Assembly: GCA_003707115.1 (NCBI GenBank) | Contig: PPNB01000008.1 | Location: 1 to 64,000, forward strand | Origin: Tortispora ganteri | Taxonomy: Eukaryota | Length of the DNA stretch: 64,000 bases | Direction of reading: 5' to 3' | In this document: piece after piece, positions 20,705 to 30,500 of the stretch | How the letters are laid out: every line of letters begins with the position of its first letter | Numbering within the stretch: position 1 is the stretch's first letter | The notes under the pieces: model-generated | Told to the model about the DNA's origin: nothing | Databases searched by the model: none | What the model saw: the letters and a program-made list of their open reading frames with translations, nothing else | Made by a program: the position numbers and the translations under genes

Positions 20705-20746
20705 TCACGTGACAAATAGGAAGGGGAAGCCCTAAGTGATAGGGTT
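20705..20746 (+). promoter_or_regulatory. Cbf1 E-box plus paired Tbf1-type sites in the RPS22 promoter
   Basis: TCACGTGAC at 20705-20713; AGCCCTAA at 20728-20735 and TAGGGTT at 20740-20746 in inverted orientation. Confidence 0.7.
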
Positions 20747-20851
20747 AATTTGGGATGTGTGTGCGTGACTGCAAATTTTTGTTGGCACGCAAAAAGGTCC
20801 CAATCACGTAGAGACACAGACTACTCAATCATTGATTATTCATTTATAAAG

Positions 20852-21076
20852 GTATGTCTCACTTTAGGCCGGTGTGAGACTTCAGGATTTGAATATTGTT
20901 TTAATACAGTATACTCGAATGCTTCCTTCTGGTTGTCATTACCACTTCGAATGGCTATAAGCATTTGAATACTGGTTTCGGCATCATTAGAGCTTTAATG
21001 AATCCCTGAGGGACACTCATACTGAGCAAGGCGTTTATATAAAACCCAGAAGACGACTAACATTAAATAGTAACAG
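20852..21076 (+). other. RPS22 5'UTR spliceosomal intron
   Basis: GTATGT at 20852, GACTAAC at 21055-21061, acceptor TAG (21070) or CAG (21076) just before the ATG at 21079. Confidence 0.8.
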
Positions 21077-21078
21077 AA

Positions 21079-21659
21079 ATGACTCGTACATCAGTTCTTA
21101 GCGACGCTCTTAAGAGCATCCACAACGCCGAAAAGATGGGAAAGCGTCAGGTTTTGATTCGACCCTCTTCTAAGGTTATCATCAAGTTTTTGACTGTCAT
21201 GCAGAAGCACGGTAAGTAGAATATTGTACATTTTCGAGTCGATAACTGGATGTGGTATGACAATGATACTTCTGTCTTTTAATGGCTCGATAGATTAATT
21301 TGCAAGATACTTACACGGCACCTAAGTGATATAATCTTTGGTTGCTGTTTAAATGTCTTGTACACTCATACTGAACTAAAAATCACTAACACTTTATAGG
21401 CTACATTGGTGAATTTGAAGAAATTGATGACCATCGTTCTGGCAAGATCGTTATCCAACTGAACGGCCGCCTCAACAAGTGCGGTGTCATTTCTCCGCGT
21501 TTCAATATCAGACTCGGCGATATTGAAAAGTGGGTCACTAACCTTCTCCCTGCTCGTCAATATGGTTACATCATATTGACCACCTCTGCTGGTATCATGG
21601 ATCACGAAGAGGCTCGTCGTAAGCACGTCTCTGGAAAGATCCTTGGTTATGTCTATTAA
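21079..21659 (+). CDS. RPS22: 40S ribosomal protein uS8/S22; exons 21079-21211 and 21400-21659
   Basis: [62 protein letters not shown]...GKILGYVY, 130 aa. Intron GTAAGT...CACTAAC...TAG. Confidence 0.97.
21233..21367 (+). ncRNA. SNR44: Box H/ACA snoRNA snR44 in RPS22 intron 2
   Basis: Hairpin, H box (AGATTA 21292), hairpin, ACA (21362). Pocket 1 CGATAACT/TTTAATG fits 18S CAUUAAA-U-C-AGUUAUCG (Psi106). Pocket 2 CTTACA/TTTAAA fits 25S UUUAAA-U-A-UGUAAG (Psi1056). Same host intron as in S. cerevisiae RPS22B. Confidence 0.9.
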
Positions 21660-21816
21660 ATGAATACACAACAACACCCTTAAGAGTGAGTAAAAAAAAA
21701 TTAAATAATTGTAGTACAACAAACCTTATCTTGATTAAACTTTTAATTGCAAAAATAATGTCTAAACTTTTCCCTTTACTTCAACTTACCTTTCTTCTTA
21801 TAGATCAACTGCAAAT

Positions 21817-24800
21817 ATGGCTTCGTCTCTTGCTGTTCAGTTAAAATTACTGCAAGATGGCACGGACTCTATTGATAGAAAGAAACGTATAAAGGAACAC
21901 AGCGTTTCTCTGTTGTTTGAGCCTAAAGTCGCAGCAGCGCAGGACTTTGAATCAATATATGAAGTTGGTCTGCAAGGACTGTCTCATCTTGTGTCTTTAG
22001 ACCCTCAATTCTCTTCTTTTGAATCCTCTTTATTTTCACAACAGTCTATATCTCTTGATAGATCTCTGCAGACATCGGACCAGAATGCTATACTTAACGC
22101 CACTATAGAATCATTTCTTGATCTCATTGCACCGCGACTTTTGCTCCAGCCGGCCGTTCTTGCCCTCGAATGGCTCGTCAGAAGGTTCAAAATTCATATT
22201 TATAACACCCAGTCGCTGATTTTTGCTGCACTCCCTTACTACAATTCTCAAATCTTCTCAGTAATTCTTGACATTGTCCCGTCTCCTCTTCCTGCTGCAT
22301 TCACGTTTCTCGCTCATTCGAAGAACTCGCACAGCTTACCAACAAAACACTCCCTGATTGTGCAGTTCGCCAAACAGACTGAACCTTTTGCTAAACTACT
22401 TGATGCTCATGTAGTCTCAAAAATCTCATTAAACCGTGAGTACCCGCAACTTCTCACATTTTATGCGTCAGTCGTTCTTCCTTCGATTGCTCTTAGAAAC
22501 TCCAATAACGTGCCTCAAAATGATATAGCCGAACAGACGCTCTACACTATAAACAATATATTAGCCTCGAAGAAGAACGTCGATACTCTTCTTCTTGCAC
22601 TTATGTTGTCTACAGTCCTTGCCTCACAGGTGCCGCTCTCAGACACTGTAGTAGTTGGTCTATCAAAGAGCATTCTCGCAGCCAGCTCTAGGTCTTCTGC
22701 TAAACACTCCATTTCGGCTATTTCTTTAATATTCCATTCCGCAAAGGTGGCTTATGTACCTTTAGACGACGATCTTTTTGCTGACCTGTCCCGTTCAAAG
22801 GCCTGGGACGCTTTGATTCAAGCTGATAACTTAAAAACCGCTCATGAAGAGCTCTATACATGCTGGATGCTAGCCAAACTAAAGCACAAACACGATTTAA
22901 AATTGTTCGGACAAAGCTTTGACGAAGCAAAACTTTCTGTAAAGGCAAAATCCACAATATTAAAGGACCTGATAGACTTGCTATTTAAATCAGCCGCTCA
23001 GTCTGAACCCCTCGAAGATATATATACTATTTTTGCACCATTGACAGCCTCATCTGAGCGTCGCAAAGAGCTTATTTCATTGCTTGAAATGATAAATGTT
23101 CGTCCTCAAGAATTTGAATTTAAATCGAGAATTCCCTTGCTCATTGATGACGATATTGTTTTGCCTTCCAATGATATTGAGGCAGCTCCTGTACCGGAAG
23201 AAGTGCAGACCGATATACTCCATACAATTGAGTCGTTCGCGGCATCATCAGTTGACTCTTTCTTTGTCACTAGCGCCGCTGATGTTTTTCAACCTCTAGC
23301 TTCTGTATTCTCGTCTGCAATTGCTACAAAACTGCCTGCTAGCGAACTGTTCACTAGGAAACCATTCAATTCCGTCAATCTTCCTACATTTTTGTTGAAG
23401 GTAGCCACTTCGCACGACCACATGTCGCTTGGACAAGCTGCACTCGCTAGTCTGCTGACCTATATTCAAGATGCCGATCCATCCGTCGACCTGCAGGCCC
23501 TTATTCCATATATATACGTCTGTCTATGCTCCTATAAAAGGTCGATGAGACGCACTGCAGCTGACTGCGTAGTAGCGCTTCAAAAGAGACTGACCGGAAA
23601 GAAATTCTTTTCTGTATGGGCTATTGATACTATGTATGGCGAGAACACTGATAAATTAAGATGGCTTACTGTCAATGAAACGACAGTATTTCTTGATGTG
23701 TTAAGCGCTCATCTTGAAGAATGCATCCTAGACCAGTCAGCTGCATTCCACAGAATGGAGGAGTTCTGGAACCTTGAAGATACTTCCTCTTCAATAAGGA
23801 ATGCGTTATGCACATTTATTGCTTCCCATGTCATTGATGCTCCTGTGCTAGTGAAACTGATGCTTTTGAAGCTCTTAAACGCTTATAAGAAACCCACAGC
23901 TATCAAGTGTAACCTTTTTACTGATATCTCGCAGCTTCTTTTGACCTCGTTTGACAGTATCAAAAAAGAATGCGAAAAAGAGCATGTTTCACTTGAAGAT
24001 CTACTTGAGAACATTTTTGAACTGTCCTGGACGCTTGAAAAGGGTGTGAACCTGAAAACACTAGACGATTTTGTCAAATGTCCTACTCCCGAACTTATTG
24101 ACGCTGCTAGTCGCCGTTATTGCAAGATAATCACGCATCTGAAACCAAATGAGCAGTCAGCAGTTGTAAAAATGTTGCTAGAAAGAAGTTTAGCGGCTGT
24201 CACGTCATTTGATTTTGTTAAAGCTCTAGCAGAGACGCATCTGCCTACTTCTGTATTCATTTCTATTCTTTCACAATCTCTTATACATCAGTCCAGTGCT
24301 AACACTGCAAATACCAAACGCAGAAGACGCAGCAGTTCATCTAAAGCAAAATCTGCAGTTGTTTCTGGACTAGCCGAAAAGCATGTCAAATCACTCACAC
24401 CGATACTTGAATTAATTGAAGCTTCAGAGCCGCAAAAACGACCAGAACTGCTCCCTCCCTTGTTCTCTATTTTCTCTGAAATATTGACTATTGGTTCAGA
24501 TACAGATATATCGGTAGAATACTCAGAGCAACTGATAGCTTCTATCATGTTATCTATTGCGCAATCTATTACATCTCTTAAAAAAGCCAAACTGGATAGA
24601 GCTTCTTTGCGACTAGACGTGTTAGTGAACTGTTTGCGATCTACTGCTAGCCCACAGGTTCAGAATACATTGTTAATGGTTATTGCAGCGTTTGGACCTC
24701 TTGCACCAGAGCTTATTTTGCACAGTATCATGCCTATTTTCACGTTTATGGGTGCGAACACGATGCGCCAAGATGATGAGTTCTCAGCATACGTTATAGA

Positions 24801-27042
24801 GTATGCAATTGATAATGTTATCCCGGCTATACTGTCCTGCAATGAACTGGAAAGTCACAAGTTCGTGATACTCAGTTTTATCGCTGCGCTGACGCATATC
24901 CCGAACCACCGCCGTGTACCCATATACGAGCATCTGCTGAAATGTCTCGGCGTCGAAGACAATCTACACGTGATGCTCATCCTATTGTGTCAAAAGATGA
25001 AAGAGTCTTCTAAACGAAAAGAAATCAGTGGCGCATCCAGCATTGCTGAGTTCGGCAGAAGACTCACACAAAGCCAGGACGTACGCACTATTCTTGTTTC
25101 TTACTACAAGTTCTTGACGTTTTTGAGATCGGCCGATTTGAACATTGAAAGCGAGTCCTTTAACTCGTCTTCATGGGGGTTTGTGGATGTTGATAAATAC
25201 TCATCTAAAGATGAACTGTTGCAAGTTAAGTCTGATATACTGAGTTTCGTCTCCGAGTGTCTTGTTCGCAATGAACAGTTTGTCGCTGATTTGCAATCTG
25301 CTCTACTCGCAAACAACGACGACATAGAACAGTCTCTAATAGAGTGTTTCAAGTACACTTTGGATTACTTAGCGGAATGCGAAGAGAACTCATACGACCA
25401 ACTATCTGAACATCTGAACGAAGACGTGGCTGCTCTGTTAAGCGCAGTATCTCTTCCTATGTTCATGGACTTGATACAAGCCGTCCTAGACTCCAAACTG
25501 CAATTGGCTAAACTGAAGGTTCTAGAGCTCATGAAAGACAAATTTATCGAGGAAGATGACGGTAGTGCTTCGTTTGTGGCAATAGCTATGAACTGTCTAA
25601 GTCTATTAGACGGTATTCTATTGCATACTGTTGTTGGATCCGAGGAGTTTGATTTGGCTCTGGGCGCTATTGAGCCACTTACTGCGCACGCCGAACAGCA
25701 ACCGTCTGTATTCATGAACTGTCTTAAGAACCTGATATCTTCAGACTCGTTTATGCTGTACGATTCGGTTTCGTCGCACATATGCATGCTGAGCTGTCTG
25801 GCGGCTCTGATACAGGCACTGGGTCCTCGAATTGTCGGATTGTTGCCAATGATCATTAGCAAGGTCAGTGAAAGCACAGAATCTATTGCTGCCTCTGTGA
25901 ATGATGGAGAAGATGCGTCGGCGATGCTTTACTATGCGGGTCTATTTGGATTCTATACTGTTGTGCTAGAACGTATTCCGCAGTTTGCAGGTCACTATAT
26001 TTCGAGTGTTTTCCGTGCATTTGTTCTTGTTTCAAAGGTCGATTCGGCGACTTACGACGAAGATGAAATTGCTGCTATGGCAGAAGCTAGAGCCGGACTG
26101 CAGGCTGTTGTTGAGAAGTTACCACCACACCTAGTAGGCCGTGGAGTTATTAGCCAATGGAACGACACTGTGAATGCGAGCACAGAAGAGGCGAAGCGGC
26201 TGCTGGATATTTTAAAGACGAGTATCAGCGATAGCGACAAGGCGACGATTGCAGTAGACGTGAATATACTGACGAAGACGGTGTTGACACTTTTCAGTAC
26301 GCGCACAGTGTCTAGCGAATGGACTGCAGATAAAGAAGCATTAGAAGGGCAGAGTATTAACCTTGCTATTCTGCTTATTATGAATCTAAGCAATGCGACA
26401 TTTCAACCGATGTTTATTAGTATTGTGAACTGGAGCAAAGAAGAGAAAGACGAAAAGCGACAGTACACGTTGTTCAGGTTTGCAGATAAGATGTTTAGGA
26501 CGTTCCGCAGTTTGATTACAGAGTACTTTGCGTACATTATTGACATTGCAGAAGAGATTTTGTCGCGACCTACTAATACGCCTGGATTAAGGCGACAGGT
26601 ACTACGAGCACTTGCAGCTAATTGTCAATACGATCAAAAAGATTTTTGGCAATTCCCTGCACGGTTCGACTCGATTCTGGCGATCATCTCAAAGAATATT
26701 GAAAATCCTGTGGACGAAGAGATCAGCCAATTGGCGCAAGTCACAGTACAACTTGCACGTGCGTGTCCGTCAGAAGAACAGCATAAATCAATTAACAATA
26801 TTCTGCTCAAGTTTATACGACACTCAAGCAAACCTGAATGCAAAAAAGTCGCCGTTACAGTATACACGGGTTTATTCAAATCAATTGGACAGGAATGGTT
26901 ACCCTACCTTCCACAACTTGTACCTCTTGTATCCGAGTTACTAGAGGACGATAATGATGATGTGCAACGGCTTACTGCAGCTGTTCTTGTTCCTGAAATT
27001 GAGTCTACACTTGGAGAGAGTCTAGAGAAGTATCTAGGATAA
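21817..27042 (+). CDS. UTP10: U3 snoRNA-associated HEAT-repeat protein
   Basis: MASSLAVQL, SLLFEPKVAAAQD, ALEWLVRRFKIH, IMPIFTFMGANTMRQDDEFS, WLPYLPQLVPLVSELLEDD, LGESLEKYL. Confidence 0.96.
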   Translation: MASSLAVQLKLLQDGTDSIDRKKRIKEHSVSLLFEPKVAAAQDFESIYEVGLQGLSHLVSLDPQFSSFESSLFSQQSISLDRSLQTSDQNAILNATIESFLDLIAPRLLLQPAVLALEWLVRRFKIHIYNTQSLIFAALPYYNSQIFSVILDIVPSPLPAAFTFLAHSKNSHSLPTKHSLIVQFAKQTEPFAKLLDAHVVSKISLNREYPQLLTFYASVVLPSIALRNSNNVPQNDIAEQTLYTINNILASKKNVDTLLLALMLSTVLASQVPLSDTVVVGLSKSILAASSRSSAKHSISAISLIFHSAKVAYVPLDDDLFADLSRSKAWDALIQADNLKTAHEELYTCWMLAKLKHKHDLKLFGQSFDEAKLSVKAKSTILKDLIDLLFKSAAQSEPLEDIYTIFAPLTASSERRKELISLLEMINVRPQEFEFKSRIPLLIDDDIVLPSNDIEAAPVPEEVQTDILHTIESFAASSVDSFFVTSAADVFQPLASVFSSAIATKLPASELFTRKPFNSVNLPTFLLKVATSHDHMSLGQAALASLLTYIQDADPSVDLQALIPYIYVCLCSYKRSMRRTAADCVVALQKRLTGKKFFSVWAIDTMYGENTDKLRWLTVNETTVFLDVLSAHLEECILDQSAAFHRMEEFWNLEDTSSSIRNALCTFIASHVIDAPVLVKLMLLKLLNAYKKPTAIKCNLFTDISQLLLTSFDSIKKECEKEHVSLEDLLENIFELSWTLEKGVNLKTLDDFVKCPTPELIDAASRRYCKIITHLKPNEQSAVVKMLLERSLAAVTSFDFVKALAETHLPTSVFISILSQSLIHQSSANTANTKRRRRSSSSKAKSAVVSGLAEKHVKSLTPILELIEASEPQKRPELLPPLFSIFSEILTIGSDTDISVEYSEQLIASIMLSIAQSITSLKKAKLDRASLRLDVLVNCLRSTASPQVQNTLLMVIAAFGPLAPELILHSIMPIFTFMGANTMRQDDEFSAYVIEYAIDNVIPAILSCNELESHKFVILSFIAALTHIPNHRRVPIYEHLLKCLGVEDNLHVMLILLCQKMKESSKRKEISGASSIAEFGRRLTQSQDVRTILVSYYKFLTFLRSADLNIESESFNSSSWGFVDVDKYSSKDELLQVKSDILSFVSECLVRNEQFVADLQSALLANNDDIEQSLIECFKYTLDYLAECEENSYDQLSEHLNEDVAALLSAVSLPMFMDLIQAVLDSKLQLAKLKVLELMKDKFIEEDDGSASFVAIAMNCLSLLDGILLHTVVGSEEFDLALGAIEPLTAHAEQQPSVFMNCLKNLISSDSFMLYDSVSSHICMLSCLAALIQALGPRIVGLLPMIISKVSESTESIAASVNDGEDASAMLYYAGLFGFYTVVLERIPQFAGHYISSVFRAFVLVSKVDSATYDEDEIAAMAEARAGLQAVVEKLPPHLVGRGVISQWNDTVNASTEEAKRLLDILKTSISDSDKATIAVDVNILTKTVLTLFSTRTVSSEWTADKEALEGQSINLAILLIMNLSNATFQPMFISIVNWSKEEKDEKRQYTLFRFADKMFRTFRSLITEYFAYIIDIAEEILSRPTNTPGLRRQVLRALAANCQYDQKDFWQFPARFDSILAIISKNIENPVDEEISQLAQVTVQLARACPSEEQHKSINNILLKFIRHSSKPECKKVAVTVYTGLFKSIGQEWLPYLPQLVPLVSELLEDDNDDVQRLTAAVLVPEIESTLGESLEKYLG

Positions 27043-27133
27043 GTTAAAAAAGTGACATTGTTGACATTGTGGAGTATGTAGTATTCAAAATAGAAAGTTT
27101 GTATGTACATGATTCATCTACCCAATCGACACA

Positions 27134-27496
27134 ATGTCAGATGTATGGGGATCAGATGAAGAGTTCCATGACCATAAGAATTTGTATGAAAGACATTATA
27201 ATAGTGGATATTTAGAAGGAATAACAAAAGGCAAGAACGAAGGATTACAACAAGGGTTTGATGATGGGTATACAGTTGGATCAGATCTTGCATTGAAAGT
27301 TGGTAGAATTTTCGGAATCTTGCAAGGACTAAACAAAATACAACTTATGGAACAAGCAAAAATAGAATTAACTGTAAACAATTTATTTTCAAAAGAATAT
27401 TTTGATACTCAAAAGGCACAACAATTATATGAAAATGAACATCCTTTAGTGAAAAAATGGGAATCAATTGTCGAAGAATTATTTACCCCAACTTGA
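27134..27496 (+). CDS. YAE1: Yae1 (CIA adaptor, deca-GX3 motif)
   Basis: DVWGSD, HYNSGYLEGITKGKNEGLQQGFDDGY...GRIFGILQG. Confidence 0.88.
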   Translation: MSDVWGSDEEFHDHKNLYERHYNSGYLEGITKGKNEGLQQGFDDGYTVGSDLALKVGRIFGILQGLNKIQLMEQAKIELTVNNLFSKEYFDTQKAQQLYENEHPLVKKWESIVEELFTPT

Positions 27497-27548
27497 TTGA
27501 CTACTCTTTTTTTTTATTTTTTATTCATTAATTTATTAATTCATAAAA

Positions 27549-30500
27549 TCACCAAAATGAGCACCAACCAATAAAATGCTGACACAAATTCTCTACAGAA
27601 GTCGCCTGCTGAATTAGCTTATCGACTTGTGTAGGAACATCCAAATTGCTAGAATGTTTAAAATCATTGCCAGTTAGCTTGTCAGTGATCCTATTGAGAA
27701 CAACTGTAGCACGTGCGTTACGACTCTCATTACGATTCTGCAAATCTAACGCAACAAGCTCATTCTCATCCATAGTAGGTCGTCGAGGAATGTCGCTGTT
27801 CTCAGTAATAATCGTCCCACGACGGTCTTGCATCATCATGGACGATGCCATACTCGAAGCAAGGTTAGAAACTGCCATGTCTTCGCCGGCAAGTTTATCC
27901 GCATACTGGCTAGACTCTTCGACTTCTGCATTAATTGCATGCCGAGGTGAAACTGACATAGATGACTCTCGTACAACTTTGCCATTAGCTCCTTGGTTAT
28001 CAAGTTTGCCCTGCCAATCGCCTTCTTCGCTCTTCCCGTTAGCAACAGATGTTTCTCCCTCATTGACAACAGCTTTCGAAGAGACGGCAGATGTTTCATC
28101 TGTTGCCCCTTTGACATCATTCTTGTCAGTCTCCAACGCGTTCGGAGGAAGTTCAAAACCCCAATTGATCAGCGGATCATGCGCAAATGCTTCAAGGATA
28201 GCCATCAACGACTCCTTGTTATCGCGAAGTACTCTCATAACATTCTCACATGTAATCCTGAAACTGCCCTCAATACCTGAAACCTCCATCGCATAAGTAA
28301 GCATGCGCGTTAGTCTAAATGGTACCTTTTCCGGGTACTTCTCGCGCAGAATTGCTGCTTCAAAACAGTCACCGAAATCAATATGAATAACTTTACCAGT
28401 GTATCTGTTGAGCATAAGATTCGAAGGGTGTCTGTCTCCTAGTCCAAGGATATATCCTACCATAGACATTACCGCCAATGACCTAGTGTATGTGGTGCGA
28501 CGGTCTAGCCACGCTTCAGATGATCGAGATTTTAGCCACAGTACACGGTACAGGTCCTGACCAGACGTATAGTCTAAGGCGTAAGTAAATACTTCAACTT
28601 TTTGCAGCAGTGTCAAATTGTCATAATCTGGAGCCATTTGTAGCATAATTCGGTGCTCTAAGTTCAGCATAATCTTTCGGTTCTCCCGGTACTCGCGAAT
28701 TAAAACATGGAAAGTGTCACTGTCTTGAACCCAACCAAGTAGACCAGATTTAGGCGATAACGGAATAACAGGGTACCGTTGAATATTAAGATGCCTCTTA
28801 AAACATTCAGAGTCTTCGGCAAGAATAGTGTTGACTAAACTGAACAGCTGCATAACAAGCCCATCTTGACGGATGTCTTCGTGCCCTTTCAAAAGATACT
28901 GGTAGTCCTTGCCATCACTGCCTTGAATAGTGAGTCTTCGAGGCCTCTGCTTAGACGATATAACAGTGAAAATAGGATCGATTTTCATAATCCTGATAAT
29001 CGGCTTGCCGCTCTGGTACGTTCCCGGAACTGCAATGTCTAAGTCTCTGCACGCAAGCAGCTTAGGAGAAACATACTGCAAATCTAGCGATTGCAGTTGC
29101 GGTAACTGCCTTGAAATTCGACGGAAAACACTGTAGTAAATGTCCCATGCTTGATTCAGCTGTCCAATATCTTTCTTACGTTTAAAACTTTGAGTCCATT
29201 GATACGCGTCTCGGAGATCCCTTCCAAAAGCAGTATGGAAAGATACTTCTCTGAGAGTTTCGGGACCTCTTTCGAGCATTTTATGCAGCGGCTCTAATGT
29301 AGCAAACATCTTTTCAATGTTGTTATCACCGAAAAACAACCGAGATGCAGTCTCTAGTCCTTCGTGCCATTGCTCGTGCCAAAGTACGGCAACTCTAATG
29401 AGTTCATGACTGACAAGTTCGGCTTGTTCCACAAGTCGCGGGCTATGCTGTTTCATTTTATCGATAATTGACATTGCAGCCTTCTGTCGCGATATGCTGT
29501 CGGACTTGATGGCTACAGTCAGAGGATACACAAGGGCTTGAGGATGAACGCGTCCAAGCTCAGTAAGAAGCCGATGTAAAGACCGTCTAACCATAGGATT
29601 AGGCTGATGAATGCGCGTAATCAGTTGGGGAATAACTTCCAGCCATGTATCTATAGAGATACTGCTAAAACCTTCATTAATGGCCTGAGCTGGTTGTTGC
29701 AGTCCTCCATACTTGAACCAGAGCGTTAATAAGCGCAGAGTATCCTGCAGCGAGTTACCTTCCGAAAGAGCGATAGATTTGAAGAAACCTTCAATTGCTT
29801 GAACTACGAACAAAAGAGCATGATCTAATGTCATAAGATCGTCTCTTTCCTTCTTAGACAAATGATCATAATTCGAGACAACTTCGAAGTTTGTGAGGGC
29901 CCAATTATGCCATGCTTTGTACCACTCCGGGTCATACTTAGTAGCATGCCAATAAGAGTTCAAAACATCTTGTGCTATAACTTCATCTTTTTGCCAGTCA
30001 GGGTTCAATGCTACTTTCCATTCTCCTTGTTTTACACAGCAGCGCGAAAGTAATTTTTGACGTTCGAGTGCAGTCATACCTGTTCCAAGTCGAACAGACG
30101 TAGAAGAGCGCTTTTCATTAGCATTTTGACCGTCAATATCCGAAGCAAGTATGCGAGTAAACTCAGACATGCGATTCAGCACTTGCTCTTTGTCTTCAGT
30201 TGCCCAATCGTATTTTAATTGCGAATACAGAACGTTCGGGGTTGCTAAAGCAAACTCCTGAATGTTCTCACGGTTATATGGAACAATGCTAATCGATTGA
30301 AGAGTCTTTTCTGCTAAACCGAGTCTGCCTGATTTACGGCAAAGGTTTGCAAATTTAATCCAGTTTTGCGAGTCTTCTTCCGGGTTGATAACAAGTGATC
30401 GAATCTTGAGCATTCTTTGGCGAATATCCACATTCTTTTGACTGCCCATTAGGCGTTTAGTCCATGTTTTGCGCATAACTCTCTGCTGGTCAGAATCGCG

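Noticed and set aside
21366..21722. Antisense ORFs over RPS22, RPL1, TOR, UTP10, CKI1 and others
   Set aside because: These are shadow ORFs opposite well-conserved genes, mostly with non-ATG starts and no motifs.
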